A stretch of DNA of 63,051 nt, counting the filler, from Octopus bimaculoides (taxonomy: Eukaryota), in assembly GCF_001194135.2 (NCBI RefSeq). It is 7 parts of 7 records of this genome, joined end to end, with 100 filler letters (N's around TTAATTAATTAA, not from the genome) between each part and the next. Parts side by side here need not be neighbours in the genome. Positions count along the whole stretch, not along the records: positions 1 to 24,922 come from NC_068994.1; positions 25,023 to 29,056 come from NC_069004.1; positions 29,157 to 41,190 come from NC_068991.1; 4 more parts are not named here. One strand, given 5' to 3'. Position 1 is the first letter of the stretch; every line of letters begins with the position of its first letter. Positions 22,845 through 35,989 of this stretch are shown in pieces. Below the pieces are notes generated by a model. It searched no databases and was not told the origin of the DNA. It saw only the letters and a program-made list of their open reading frames with translations. The position numbers were made by a program, and so were the translations under genes.

Positions 22845-24850
22845 ATAAAGTCTTACAGCTGTTTCAGGGAAAATCCAATGTATCCCTTCATCGGAGACGG
22901 TAATAGTAGAGGAATGGATTATTACATCTATAAGAGGAGAGTTGTAGCAGGAAGTGAGAGTTATGCGCTGAAAAAAGAACAAAGAAGAAACAGTACTTGG
23001 AGTGTAGCTCCATTCCAGTAGTAAACATCCATGTAAATAATCCTTGTGGGTATTTTCCGGAGATAATTGTAGTAGCAAAGGTGGATATATGTCATATTGT
23101 GTCCAGAGTACACTGTGCGTTGTTTACTCAAAGGATAGCCCAAATCAATCGACTTACAGTCACCAAAAATCACGAAGGTAAAACAATTGTCACCCTTCAC
23201 CCTAGGCAATCGGCTTCCAGCTGTGTTGTCACCTTGTGGATTCCAAAACTCCAGTAGGAATCTTCTAAAATGCAAACATGGTCCGAAAATCTCTCTTCTG
23301 GAGTTAAAGATGCTCCCTGGTATGAGCGAGTCTTCAGCAATGCATAACTTGCAATGTGTTGTCCCGTTGATGTAGGGGCTTGGGTTTTCGATGATTTTTC
23401 ATGAGATTGAGTATGGTATCCTGTCGGCTCTTATTTGCCAGACGTGACTGACCAGCAGTGTTACATATCTCCTTTCTGAGACTCTGAAAGAGGACTAATG
23501 GCTGGAAAGATGTTGCTTGAGAGAATTCCTAGTACATCCCACATATTTCCATGGGTATGTGCTGCCAGTGTTGCACCTGTTGCTGTTGCTGCCATTGGTG
23601 CTGTCGCTGATGGAGCTGGGGCTGCTGGTGTTGGTGTTGGCGTCGCTAGGGGTGGTGGTGGTGTCGGTAATATTTTTGCCTCTGAGCATGTTGCCGGTAC
23701 TGGACCTATCCTTGTTGTTGCTGTTGCTGATGTTGTTACTGCTGCTGTCACTGTCGCTGCCGTTGGTGTTGTTGGAGCTGGGGTTGCTGGTGTTGCCGGT
23801 TATGGAGAAGGCGCTGTTGCTGTGGTTACCGCTATAGCTGGTGATGGTACTGGACTTGTTGCTGCTGTTATAGTGGCTATCAGGTCTGCCACTGTGGACG
23901 TTGTCAGGTTTGGCACTGTGGTCGTCAAGGAAGCTATTGGTAAGGCTGGTGTCGATGGTAATGCTGCTGTTGTTGGCAATGTTGCTGTTGTTGTTGCTGC
24001 TGTTTATTGTGGCGGTGGTGGTGATGGTGGTGGTGCTGCTGGCTCTGTTCCCATGTCTAAGGCTGCTATCACCTCTGCCAGTGGTAATGGCATAGCTTGC
24101 AAGAACTTTGGCTTGATAGACGACCCCTTTGGTTTCACAGACAACTGCTCCTACCAGACAATTGCTGCGGTTCCTGCATGAACAACCTGCCTTTTCCTGT
24201 GCCTTAGGGGCACTAACAAGGATACTCTTAATGTTGGGGGTGCAGCTAAATGAGCCCCTAACATTGTGTCCGTTGAAGATAGGCCTGTACCTATGGGAGC
24301 TATTGAAATACTCATCTATTATTTTAAGGAATTGTCTACCTATAGGTGTTATTGTGTTAAGGGAGTGGGGGTGGAGCAAACCAAATTGTATTTCTGCAGT
24401 GCTTCCTTCTGCAGTTGTTGGGTTTCAGCATGTAGATGTGGTCCCTAAACTTGCTGGTAGCTTGGGCCTCATTATAGTATGGGCCTGCTGCATCAAAGGC
24501 TTCTTGGCTGGAAGAAAGCCTCGAAATCCTCTTACTAACACCCTTTACCAGGTTCTTGAATACAATGGGTGGGTGACAGGGGGCTGTGTTGATGCATGAT
24601 AGCCTCTCGTTCGGTTTGCGGTAGGACCTATAAGTACTGGAGCTCAGATCAAGTGTGACATCTAAGAAGTCCACTGCTGTGAGGTTGGTCTCTATGATGA
24701 TCTTCAAACCCATGGAGGTGAATGTGCTGATTAAGTCTTTCCTAAGCCTGTCTAGTGTATGGCTGTTTGCTCCCCTAGAGATGGTCAGGGTATCATCTCT
24801 GTAGAGGCCAATGAGAACAGACTGCTCTATATCTTAGAGTGTGCTTTTCC
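22845..24850 (-). mobile_element. Penelope-like element (RT + GIY-YIG), 5'-truncated and decayed
   Basis: GLYRDD RT motif (YRDD 24803-24792); VDFLDVTLDL…YRKPN…HPP; IGRQFLKIID…CSCR…GVVYQAKV…KYVGCT; CKLCIAE; 3' hammerhead. Confidence 0.92.
22850..22898 (-). ncRNA. Type I hammerhead ribozyme (Penelope-associated, minimal), U4C variant
   Basis: GUCU-CCGAUGA-AGGGA(12-nt loop)UCCCU-GAAAC-AGCU-GUA-AGAC: stems I-III close; predicted cleavage after GUA. Confidence 0.75.
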
Positions 24851-24877
24851 GAATTTATGTTTCTCTACAAATGATAT

Positions 24878-24922
<45 letters not shown>

Positions 24923-25022
24923 NNNNNNNNNNNNNNNNNNNNNNNNNNNNNNNNNNNNNNNNNNNNTTAATTAATTAANNNNNNNNNNNNNNNNNNNNNN
25001 NNNNNNNNNNNNNNNNNNNNNN

Positions 25023-25059
<37 letters not shown>

Positions 25060-25572
25060 ACACACACAAACACAGAAGTAAAATGCCACTATTGTCTCAT
25101 TAGAAAACTTGAACAATAGAACGCCATGAAATAAAAGGAAAGAGCCGCGAATACAATTGATCACGTGGTTTTACAGGTAACCAATGACAACTTTTCGTAC
25201 TCCATACCTTTTTTGTCAGGTATGAATATATTGTATTGTCTAATACAGTACGGTCGTATTTTAATCAGCCAGAGAGGGATGTGAAGGGAACAAGTTCAAT
25301 ACAAGATAGTGTACGCAATTTAATAAGGTGTGTTTGTGTGTATATTTTTCATTTCTATTTTTTTCATAGGTTTTTATCGACTATAAATATAGGGAGATTC
25401 ATGGTAATATGATTGGATTAAAACTACCCATAATTTATAGGGTTCGGGTGGGTCATTGAATAATAAAATTATATTGATATTAATACCGTAATTTATAGCT
25501 GCTCACACTCGTAAATAGACGGATGCGTGCATGTGTATAGATACATGCATACATATATACATACTTAATACA

Positions 25573-25665
<93 letters not shown>

Positions 25666-26327
25666 NNNNNNNNNNNNNNNNNNNNNNNNNNNNNNNNNNN
25701 NNNNNNNNNNNNNNNNNNNNNNNNNNNNNNNNNNNNNNNNNNNNNNNNNNNNNNNNNNNNNNNNNNNNNNNNNNNNNNNNNNNNNNNNNNNNNNNNNNNN
25801 NNNNNNNNNNNNNNNNNNNNNNNNNNNNNNNNNNNNNNNNNNNNNNNNNNNNNNNNNNNNNNNNNNNNNNNNNNNNNNNNNNNNNNNNNNNNNNNNNNNN
25901 NNNNNNNNNNNNNNNNNNNNNNNNNNNNNNNNNNNNNNNNNNNNNNNNNNNNNNNNNNNNNNNNNNNNNNNNNNNNNNNNNNNNNNNNNNNNNNNNNNNN
26001 NNNNNNNNNNNNNNNNNNNNNNNNNNNNNNNNNNNNNNNNNNNNNNNNNNNNNNNNNNNNNNNNNNNNNNNNNNNNNNNNNNNNNNNNNNNNNNNNNNNN
26101 NNNNNNNNNNNNNNNNNNNNNNNNNNNNNNNNNNNNNNNNNNNNNNNNNNNNNNNNNNNNNNNNNNNNNNNNNNNNNNNNNNNNNNNNNNNNNNNNNNNN
26201 NNNNNNNNNNNNNNNNNNNNNNNNNNNNNNNNNNNNNNNNNNNNNNNNNNNNNNNNNNNNNNNNNNNNNNNNNNNNNNNNNNNNNNNNNNNNNNNNNNNN
26301 NNNNNNNNNNNNNNNNNNNNNNNNNNN

Positions 26328-26371
<44 letters not shown>

Positions 26372-27189
26372 GATATATATCTTTCCATATGAAGCAAAGA
26401 TTTTACTCTTTGTGTAATGTTTCTTAAAGTTACTTGCATTTTTTGTTCTGTTTTAAGGGAGTTGTATATTATGTTTATCCGCTCCATGGATGAATCAAAC
26501 ATCAAGTATGTGTTTAATTCATTTGATAAAATGATAGCAGTTCTTTGTGTCCGAAATTTATGAAGAAGAGCCTACATGAGCCGTTCTGTCTCAGACTGCC
26601 AGTTCAATTCAATACCTGTCGCTTTCGCCTTCATCGCTGGAGGGATTTTCTTTCTTCCCTTGTGGTTTTAAAGCGGGAGTCAGTCCGCACAATGCGATAC
26701 CCTTTTTAGGCTTGGAGGTTTGACCACATTGGTTCAGAAGTCTAAGATGGCAGCGGTGACCAGCAAGTTGTAGGATTCACACAGGAGTGGACTTCTCCTA
26801 GGTAAATTGTCTTGCAGAACTAGGTGTGCCTTCTCTGGAGACGCTAGAAGGGAGTCAAAGAGGCAGGAGACTACCTGGGGGACTCTACTCCATGATTTGC
26901 TATCGGGGCTGAATCCCCAAACCTTTTATTTTCCCCAAGGTACTCAGAACACAGTGATGGTTTGTGTTTGGAGTTTCTTCACTAACATGCTAATAAATTC
27001 ATAGCCGGGACCTTCACGGGACTAATACTCCGGGTCAAAGTAAACCAGGGTCTAGCAAGTAATTCCACGCTCTGCAGAACACTAGAACTCCCTAACCAGG
27101 CCCCACTACTGCATGTGGTTTAAAGTATCGTCCAAGACAGTTGACTCATTAACGTGGTTTGTGTATTTGTACTGGCTTCAAATTTTGGT

Positions 27190-27415
27190 ACAAGGACAGC
27201 AAAGCAATTTCGGAGAAGAAGTAAGTTGAGCACATCGACACTTGTGCTCAACTGGTGCGTATTTTATTATCTACGGACATATTTTATCGATCTTGAAAGA
27301 ATCAAAAGCAAAGTCGACCTCGGTAGAATTTAGACACAGAACGCAAAGCCGAACGAAGTGCCACAAAGCATTTTGTCCGTCGTGCTAACGATTCTGCCAG
27401 ATCTCCGCATGCAGA
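27190..27415 (-). mobile_element. SINE family C
   Basis: caaagtcgacctcggtagaatttagacacagaacg…gtgctaacgattctgccagatctcc. Confidence 0.7.
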
Positions 27416-28006
27416 ATTCTCTCCAGAAATACTTGATTCTATGTCTTTGCCTATTAGTTTGTTTTTCTTTTAAATACCCGTTGTAAATTATAGCTTCATT
27501 TAAGGAGAATCTTCTGGCTAAAGATTTCTCCATTGGACATTTTGTATCTGTGGTTATTTGTATCTGTGTTATAAACGAACGTGAAATATTTATTATTATT
27601 TATCTCAAAGTTTATTTCTATAAATAGTGTCATTATATTGATAGATGTTTCATTGGTACAATTCATCCACTGTTTGTTAAATTTTTGAAAAGAATTGTTT
27701 TCTAAGAATTAATTTCTAAATGCCCAAGATCGAATACTATGCCAAATATATATCATATATAACGTATGCATCCTCATCAGCGTCATCATCGTCATCATCG
27801 TCGTCGTCATCATCATCATCATCATTTGATGCTTAGTAGAAGTTCTTTTTCGGATTCTGAGAGCTAAGATAACAATATTATGTCATGATTTTTTATTCTT
27901 GCCAAAATTAAACATCTGCCACAGTAGTATATATGTGTATATATATATATATATACACACACACATATTAATATATATGTGCCTATCACACACACACACA
28001 CACACG

Positions 28007-28050
<44 letters not shown>

Positions 28051-28269
28051 GAAAGAGAGAGAGACATATATGTAGACATATATGTAGACATATAAAACAG
28101 ACACAAACACATAAGCATACACACACACACACACGCATATATATATTCCTTGATTTTACTGAGCACATAAAGAGCATATTTAGATGACTTCGGGACAATA
28201 GATATGTTGTATCTTAACAAGGTGGGTAGTAACACTGTGTACATTAAATATTCATACATATATACATGC

Positions 28270-28319
<50 letters not shown>

Positions 28320-29864
28320 ATATATATATATATATATATAAAACCGCACATATAAATACACATAAAGAAAATCACATTTCCCCTTCTTTGAAAGGTCGCG
28401 GCTTGGACATAATGGTGATCACGTGGTAAGTATATCCTATGAGTTTTTCTTGTTGGCGTCTTTCATTGTGGACAATGGGAGGCGTTCCCCATCAACTTGC
28501 CAATTTGTTGAGGATGTCTGTCGGTAAGGACGAATGTGGTACCGTTGTCGAAGAGAAACAAAGAACCAGCCAGGAAATCTATAGTATAGCGTGGGTAGAG
28601 GGCTTCTCCAGCCAGCCAGGTGGTTGTCTTGTCTTCTCGAGACAACAAGGGTCTTCTCTCAAGACAAGAGAGCCTCTATGCAGTCGTTCGTTTTGCTAGA
28701 AATAACAGCCAGGATATCTTGAAATTACATAATTTAATCTGAGATAAAATCCTAGATGCAATCTATTTGAGGAAAATAAAATATGGAGTTATGGGTATGG
28801 CTGGATTGCCTTTTATCATACGTAGGGGCATTGAAAACTTCCTGGATTTCGATATAAAAGAAAATACAGGAAGATCAGCTGATCAGTTAATTGTGATTTT
28901 ATTTAACATATTTCCCTTTCAGATTCACTCACTAATTGCAGAGGACTTCAATTTTTCTAAGCCCTGTAAAAGAACTCGGAAGGTTGGGCCTCCACCCAGG
29001 CCTTTGGGGATACCCTTAAAGCCAGAGTATATATGTATATGTATATATATATATATNNNNNNNNNNNNNNNNNNNNNNNNNNNNNNNNNNNNNNNNNNNN
29101 TTAATTAATTAANNNNNNNNNNNNNNNNNNNNNNNNNNNNNNNNNNNNNNNNNNNNACTACCACCACCACCACCACCACCACCACCACCACCACTACTAA
29201 TTCCGATGACCATCATGATGCCACATTGAACTGGCAAAATGAGTTATTTAGAACTGTTTTGGTCATGGACAAGTAGCAAAAAATCCGTCGCTCGGTTTAT
29301 CCCCGCCGCCTGATCCTTGCTTGCCTTTAGCAGTGTCTGCTCAGTCGGAAGTATTCGGTTTCAGGATAACCGCTTCTTTTCTTCTCTTGAGTCTCAGAGA
29401 CCCTAGAAAGAGCTGTGCGCACAGCACTCTCCCGGTAGTACTAATCGCTAACAAATATCGCACAGATCTATTCACTCGTTTATCAACTCGCCGCTTTCTG
29501 CCAAATATTTCTTCAGCAAGTGTGTGTACACCTGTTAATACAATGGACACTTTAACAGGTACCAGTAATATCTGCTACTCAGTTTCTTGCTCACATACAC
29601 AAGCCAATTGAGGAGCTATTAAGAAATCACAAGGAATGCTTGAAACAATAGCCAAATCTCCATCAAATTATATTCTACGTAAACTAACAGTAAACCAATG
29701 GTAAACCATTGGTTTACCGTTAAGTTAAAAGTTTTTAGGGGGTTAGCTTTGCGAGTTGCATTCCCTCGCGATCGGTAAAAATGTGCTTATTATAGTAGTT
29801 TGATTTCTGGAGTCCCTCTTAGCGTGAGACGTTATTGTATAGTAATGCCCTTATATAAGTTAAA

Positions 29865-29923
<59 letters not shown>

Positions 29924-30170
29924 ATTCAGGTAGTCGAAGTTTGAAGTCTTGATGATATATAATTTTTTTTTTTTTTTAATAATATGGTGACAAAATAAAG
30001 ACAGCAGAATCGTTAGCCCGACGAATGAAATACTTTGCTGTCGTTCGTCTGTCCTTGGGTTCTGAGTTCAAATTCAGTGGAAATCTACTTTGCCCTTTAT
30101 CGTTACGGTGGCGATAAAATAAGTACCATTATGCTGTGAGTTCGTTGTAAAAGAAAAGAATAATTGAATA

Positions 30171-30658
30171 CCGTAAATCCTCGAGTACAATCCGCATTTT
30201 GTTCCCCAAAATTTAAAGGTCAAAATCTCTAGTGCGTACTATATACGAGGTTAAAAATGAAAGATATTTTCTAAGCAATGTCCGAGTCTCTATTTGCTGT
30301 CCGGCAATGTTTATTCAGACGCATTTCGTGATGTCGGGCTTGTAACTGATAGTGATAAATATGTAAAGGAAAATTTATTTAATATTTATTTCTCACTGAC
30401 GTTATTACTGTTATTTCTTTATTTTCTGCAAACAAAGTGCACAAAAAAGCTACACGTTTGCATTATGTCATATATACAATAATAATAAAGGACGTTACCG
30501 TATATACGTTTACAAACCAAGGACGTTATTACGACCTCCTTGACTCAAGTTAGAGAAGAGGTGCGTATTATACACAAGGTTTAGGTTTTTCAGAGGTACA
30601 GCCCCTAAAATCTCCTGCGTATTATACTCAAGGGCGGACTATACTCGAGGATTTACTA
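30171..30658. mobile_element. pogo-type MITE (about 490 bp)
   Basis: TA-CCGTAAATCCTCGAGTACAATCCGC … GCGGACTATACTCGAGGATTTAC terminal inverted repeats. Confidence 0.8.
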
Positions 30659-31253
30659 TATATATATTTACCACTTCTGAGGTTCCGTTCGTTACGAAAC
30701 ATAAGTAACCGGCATCTTATCTACCCCATTCTTTAACTCTTGTATTCTTATTCGCATTCCCGTCAACCCCGAGATTGCTGGCCTAGTGACAATACTTGAA
30801 ACAAATATATCATTTTATACTAATTTTTCATTCTACTATTAGTTTAAGGTCGCCCTTCTCATTTAGCGTTCAGAGATTTATTATTTCTTAAAAAAACCTT
30901 TTATTTACAATATCAACCTAATGCTTCAAAACCCACATCCACACATTCACACAAACATCTCAGCCTCACACGCACGCATATATACACGCACACATTCCTG
31001 AAACACTTTCACGCATGCGTAGTTATCCACTCCAGGCTAGTGTGGTTTTGTTCTTTTTTTTTCTGTTTGTCTTCGTGAGTGTAAAGAAGAACTAGAAAAT
31101 ACAGATTATTGAACAACGCTATTAGCAATTAACTAATGATGTTAATCTGATTGGCTACTTAATTCGACTCATTCTGTCGACACAACTCTGACTGCACTTT
31201 AATTTCGTTTCGCTAAATCTCTTGCTCTTTTCTCAACCCTAAATACTGCCAGC

Positions 31254-31286
31254 TGTTGTTGTTGTTGTTGTTGTTGTTATTATTAC

Positions 31287-31347
<61 letters not shown>

Positions 31348-31352
31348 TTTAC

Positions 31353-31422
<70 letters not shown>

Positions 31423-31436
31423 TTTACTATTATTAA

Positions 31437-31477
<41 letters not shown>

Positions 31478-31661
31478 GTATTGTTGTTGTTGCTGTTGCT
31501 TTTCTTGTTATTCTTGTTCTTTGTTTCCTCCTTTCAAGCAGCTGTTCTATTGCCGGTGCTGTTGTGATATTTGCCATTTAAATGCTAAAAAATTATAGAA
31601 ATGATGATGGTGATAGGAACAATGGTAATGATAAAATGACGACGACGATAATAATGATAAT

Positions 31662-31758
<97 letters not shown>
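31254..31758. repeat. (TTG)/(TTA)/(TAA)n microsatellite complex
   Basis: Seen directly; explains the poly-L, poly-I and poly-Y ORFs. Confidence 0.95.
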
Positions 31759-32230
31759 NNNNNNNNNNNNNNNNNNNNNNNNNNNNNNNNNNNNNNNNNN
31801 NNNNNNNNNNNNNNNNNNNNNNNNNNNNNNNNNNNNNNNNNNNNNNNNNNNNNNNNNNNNNNNNNNNNNNNNNNNNNNNNNNNNNNNNNNNNNNNNNNNN
31901 NNNNNNNNNNNNNNNNNNNNNNNNNNNNNNNNNNNNNNNNNNNNNNNNNNNNNNNNNNNNNNNNNNNNNNNNNNNNNNNNNNNNNNNNNNNNNNNNNNNN
32001 NNNNNNNNNNNNNNNNNNNNNNNNNNNNNNNNNNNNNNNNNNNNNNNNNNNNNNNNNNNNNNNNNNNNNNNNNNNNNNNNNNNNNNNNNNNNNNNNNNNN
32101 NNNNNNNNNNNNNNNNNNNNNNNNNNNNNNNNNNNNNNNNNNNNNNNNNNNNNNNNNNNNNNNNNNNNNNNNNNNNNNNNNNNNNNNNNNNNNNNNNNNN
32201 NNNNNNNNNNNNNNNNNNNNNNNNNNNNNN

Positions 32231-32495
32231 TCATAGTAGGTGCCTTAGGTATAATAAAAATATATTCAGACAAATACATAACAAAAACACCAGGACTTAC
32301 AAATATATATAACATACAGAAAATTGCACTACTGGGCACAGCACACATCCTACGCAAAACACTTTCAATACAGTAAACATAAGAGCACCACAGCAAACCA
32401 CAGCACATACCCAAGGCGCACAGAGCTGCGCTCGGTAGTGAAGTGAAAGCACGTTATAAAAATAAAACTACTGAATAACAATAATAATAACTCTG
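32231..32495 (+). mobile_element. R4/Dong-type non-LTR retrotransposon 3' end
   Basis: IVGALG…IQKIALLGTAHILRKTL* C-terminus typical of REL-endonuclease elements; short 3' UTR ending in (taa)n. Confidence 0.8.
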
Positions 32496-32983
32496 CCCTT
32501 GGTGTACGGAAAACACTCGGCGAGAAATGGAAGAAAATTTGAAGAAAGAAAAAAAAAAATAATGATGATGATGATGATGATGAGGAGGAGGATGAGGATG
32601 ATGATGATGACACAACGCAGCCGGCGAAAGGTTTTTCTTGGTGGTCACTTGAATTGCTAGAAATATCTACCTTAGACCCAAATCTTACCTAAAGGGAATG
32701 ATAAGGTAGTCACAGATAAACTATGTCTAAAAATAACGGAATGGACTTCGCAGAAAGGCCTACGAACTCAAACCCCTTCAAATCGCACCAAGAAACCAAC
32801 AAAACGTTCCCACAACGAAGCCTCTCTGTCAGTGGCTCTCAACAAGGGTCAGTATGACCCTTAGGGGTCGATATAAGATTTTGTTGTAACAATTTTTGGG
32901 CAATAAACTGGTTATAATTCTACAATACACAGATATCTTAACGATTTTTAAAATGTAGTTCCTAATATTTAATTATAAAAATA

Positions 32984-33206
32984 CAGTAATCCTTCGCCAT
33001 ATCGCGGCTCACCTATCGCGGTTTATTATTTTAGCTTAATGTCGATTCCTCCGCGGTGTTGTTTTGCATTTATAATAAGATAAATATATACAAATTATAA
33101 AAATAATAAGAAAATACATATAGCACGTATTGTTTCTACTTCGCGGGTTTGCACCTATTGCGGGGGATATTGGAACGTAACACCAGCGAAAATCAAGGGA
33201 TTACTG
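32984..33206. mobile_element. pogo/Tigger-type MITE (same family as 6007)
   Basis: TA-CAGTAATCCTTCG … AAGGGATTACTG; shared internal sequence. Confidence 0.8.
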
Positions 33207-34436
33207 CATAGTAGGATTTTTTTTAAACATCCGTCCTTCCCAGTAAAACAAGAATCAATTTTTTAATTTTATTTATGCGCCCTTTTAAAGCTTAGCCAGG
33301 CTCATTGTCCCGGTTTCCCGGNNNNNNNNNNNNNNNNNNNNNNNNNNNNNNNNNNNNNNNNNNNNNNNNNNNNNNNNNNNNNNNNNNNNNNNNNNNNNNN
33401 NNNNNNNNNNNNNNNNNNNNNNNNNNNNNNNNNNNNNNNNNNNNNNNNNNNNNNNNNNNNNNNNNNNNNNNNNNNNNNNNNNNNNNNNNNNNNNNNNNNN
33501 NNNNNNNNNNNNNNNNNNNNNNNNNNNNNNNNNNNNNNNNNNNNNNNNNNNNNNNNNNNNNNNNNNNNNNNNNNNNNNNNNNNNNNNNNNNNNNNNNNNN
33601 NNNNNNNNNNNNNNNNNNNNNNNNNNNNNNNNNNNNNNNNNNNNNNNNNNNNNNNNNNNNNNNNNNNNNNNNNNNNNNNNNNNNNNNNNNNNNNNNNNNN
33701 NNNNNNNNNNNNNNNNNNNNNNNNNNNNNNNNNNNNNNNNNNNNNNNNNNNNNNNNNNNNNNNNNNNNNNNNNNNNNNNNNNNNNNAACACACACAACGC
33801 CCGGTCTGGGAATCGAAACCACGATCCTCCGACGGCGAGTCCACTGCCCTAACAACTGTGCCATTGCACCTCCAAAACAGGAATCAAACAGGGACCCAAG
33901 AATAAAGAATGGTTCAGAAGCACTGATCTATGTTGGAGTTCGGTTTGCTAGAGGTAGCAGCTGCGTCTACCTCAAATATCATTTTACCTTCTTAAAATTA
34001 AACAAAAATGTCCTCGATGTAACAAAAAAAGACAGGATGGCCAAGCTTGGATCGTCTTAGGTCATAGGTCAGTTAAATTAGTGCAGGTTTCGTATGGACT
34101 AACAACAACAACAAGCAAAATAATCATCCTTAACACTGGCCCCATTTAATCACCGAATCAACAACAGCAACAACAAAACACCCTGTTAAAAGAAACAAAG
34201 GACAAGGAAGCAACAACTTCCGTCGTTTAGGGCTCTAATCCCTTTAAAATGGGCTGAAAACCTGTAATTTGTCCTACCGTCACTTGATCATAGAATTTCA
34301 GAGAATCAGGTGAATTTTAGCAGCAACTTTTTAATGTGTGTTATTAGGAAACAACTGATGCGTATCAGCATGGGTACAACAATGGACGCCGCCGCCGCCA
34401 CCACCGCTGCTACTTCTATTGCTACCGCTGCTATTG

Positions 34437-34505
<69 letters not shown>

Positions 34506-35117
34506 ATGTCGGCAACAAATATATCAGGACTAAAGAGGTGACAATGCTCTTTTTTCAAATATTGTTTTCATCATTATAGTTAACATTCTTGGTTCATTGT
34601 AATAGGGGTGCAGATTGGATGGAAGGATGACGGGTATGGAAAGAAGGGTATGGTGTACCTACGTATGCATGTATTAATGTATGTATGTATGTATGTATGT
34701 ATGTATGTATGCATGTATGTATGTATGTATGAGTGCGTGTGGTGTGTAGCNNNNNNNNNNNNNNNNNNNNNNNNNNNNNNNNNNNNNNNNNNNNNNNNNN
34801 NNNNNNNNNNNNNNNNNNNNNNNNNNNNNNNNNNNNNNNNNNNNNNNNNNNNNNNNNNNNNNNNNNNNNNNNNNNNNNNNNNNNNNNNNNNNNNNNNNNN
34901 NNNNNNNNNNNNNNNNNNNNNNNNNNNNNNNNNNNNNNNNNNNNNNNNNNNNNNNNNNNNNNNNNNNNNNNNNNNNNNNNNNNNNNNNNNNNNNNNNNNN
35001 NNNNNNNNNNNNNNNNNNNNNNNNNNNNNNNNNNNNNNNNNNNNNNNNNNNNNNNNNNNNNNNNNNNNNNNNNNGCATGCATGCATATATATTTTTACAT
35101 ATATTCGTATGTATTTC

Positions 35118-35161
<44 letters not shown>

Positions 35162-35207
35162 CGTGTGTGTGTGTGTGTGTATGTGTGTGTGTGTGTGTGT
35201 ATGATAT

Positions 35208-35545
35208 AGGCGCAGACGTGGCTGTGTGGTAAGAAACTTGATTCACAACCACATGGTACCAGCTTCAGTGCCATTGCGTGGCAACTTGGACACGTGTCGT
35301 CGACTATAGCCTCGAGTAGACCAAAACCTTGTGAGTGGATTTTGTAGACGGAAAACTGAAAGAAGCCTATCGTGTATGTATATGTGAGTGTGTGTTTGTG
35401 TGTGTCTATGTTTAACCCGCATCACCGCTTGACAGCCGGCATTGGTGTGTTTATGTTCCCGTAACTTAGCGGTTCGAAAAAAGGATCCGATAGAATAAGT
35501 ACCAGGCTTTAAAAATAAATCCTGAGGTCGATTTGTTCGACTAAA
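35208..35545 (+). mobile_element. SINE family A
   Basis: aggcgcagacgtggctgtgtggtaag head plus body. Confidence 0.85.
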
Positions 35546-35916
35546 AAGCAGTGCTTCCTGTCTATTTATTTATCTATCTCTCTATCTATATAGCAATCGC
35601 TCTGCATCTGCGGGACTCTGTCCGCTACTGATATATTTCTGTGTTTTTAACACTATATGTCTTTGAGAGATACTTTCTCGAGACGAATACCGCTGCTTGA
35701 AAAGCTTTCAACAATATATCTGCTCTAAGTATGACCTACAAAATAATATTTTCGTCGCTAATAACGAATATGTACATGCGCGCGCTCACACACACACTCA
35801 CAGACGTATGCATGTATTGTAAGACACAGAAATAAATTTATTTCTCAAACGCGTGATAATGCTATAAATAGCGTGATCAGGATAAATTAGCCATACATTA
35901 CAGAAAAATACGTTAC

Positions 35917-35989
35917 TGGCCAGCCACGAGACTCGAACTCACATCTCTGTGATTACGCGTCAAGTGTTCTACCATTAGACTAAACTGCC
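35917..35989 (-). pseudogene. tRNA-like sequence (possible Thr-CGT pseudogene)
   Basis: A box TAGTCTAATGG, T-loop GTGAG-TTCGAGT-CTCGT, imperfect acceptor and anticodon stems, loop CGCGTAA, T5 run 8 nt downstream. Confidence 0.45.

Noticed and set aside
23498-24181. 227-aa Ala/Val/Gly-rich plus-strand ORF resembling a structural protein
   Set aside because: It is the antisense of the low-complexity insert in the Penelope GIY-YIG and overlaps Penelope coding sequence at both ends; no independent gene evidence.
24967-24978. TTAATTAATTAA islands flanked by 44 N on each side (also 29101, 41235, 43589, 45552, 48216)
   Set aside because: Identical 100-bp spacer with stops in all six frames: a scaffolding gap marker, not biology.
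26560-27110. GC-richer segment, possibly a LINE relic (also 28440-28720)
   Set aside because: No diagnostic motif found in any frame.
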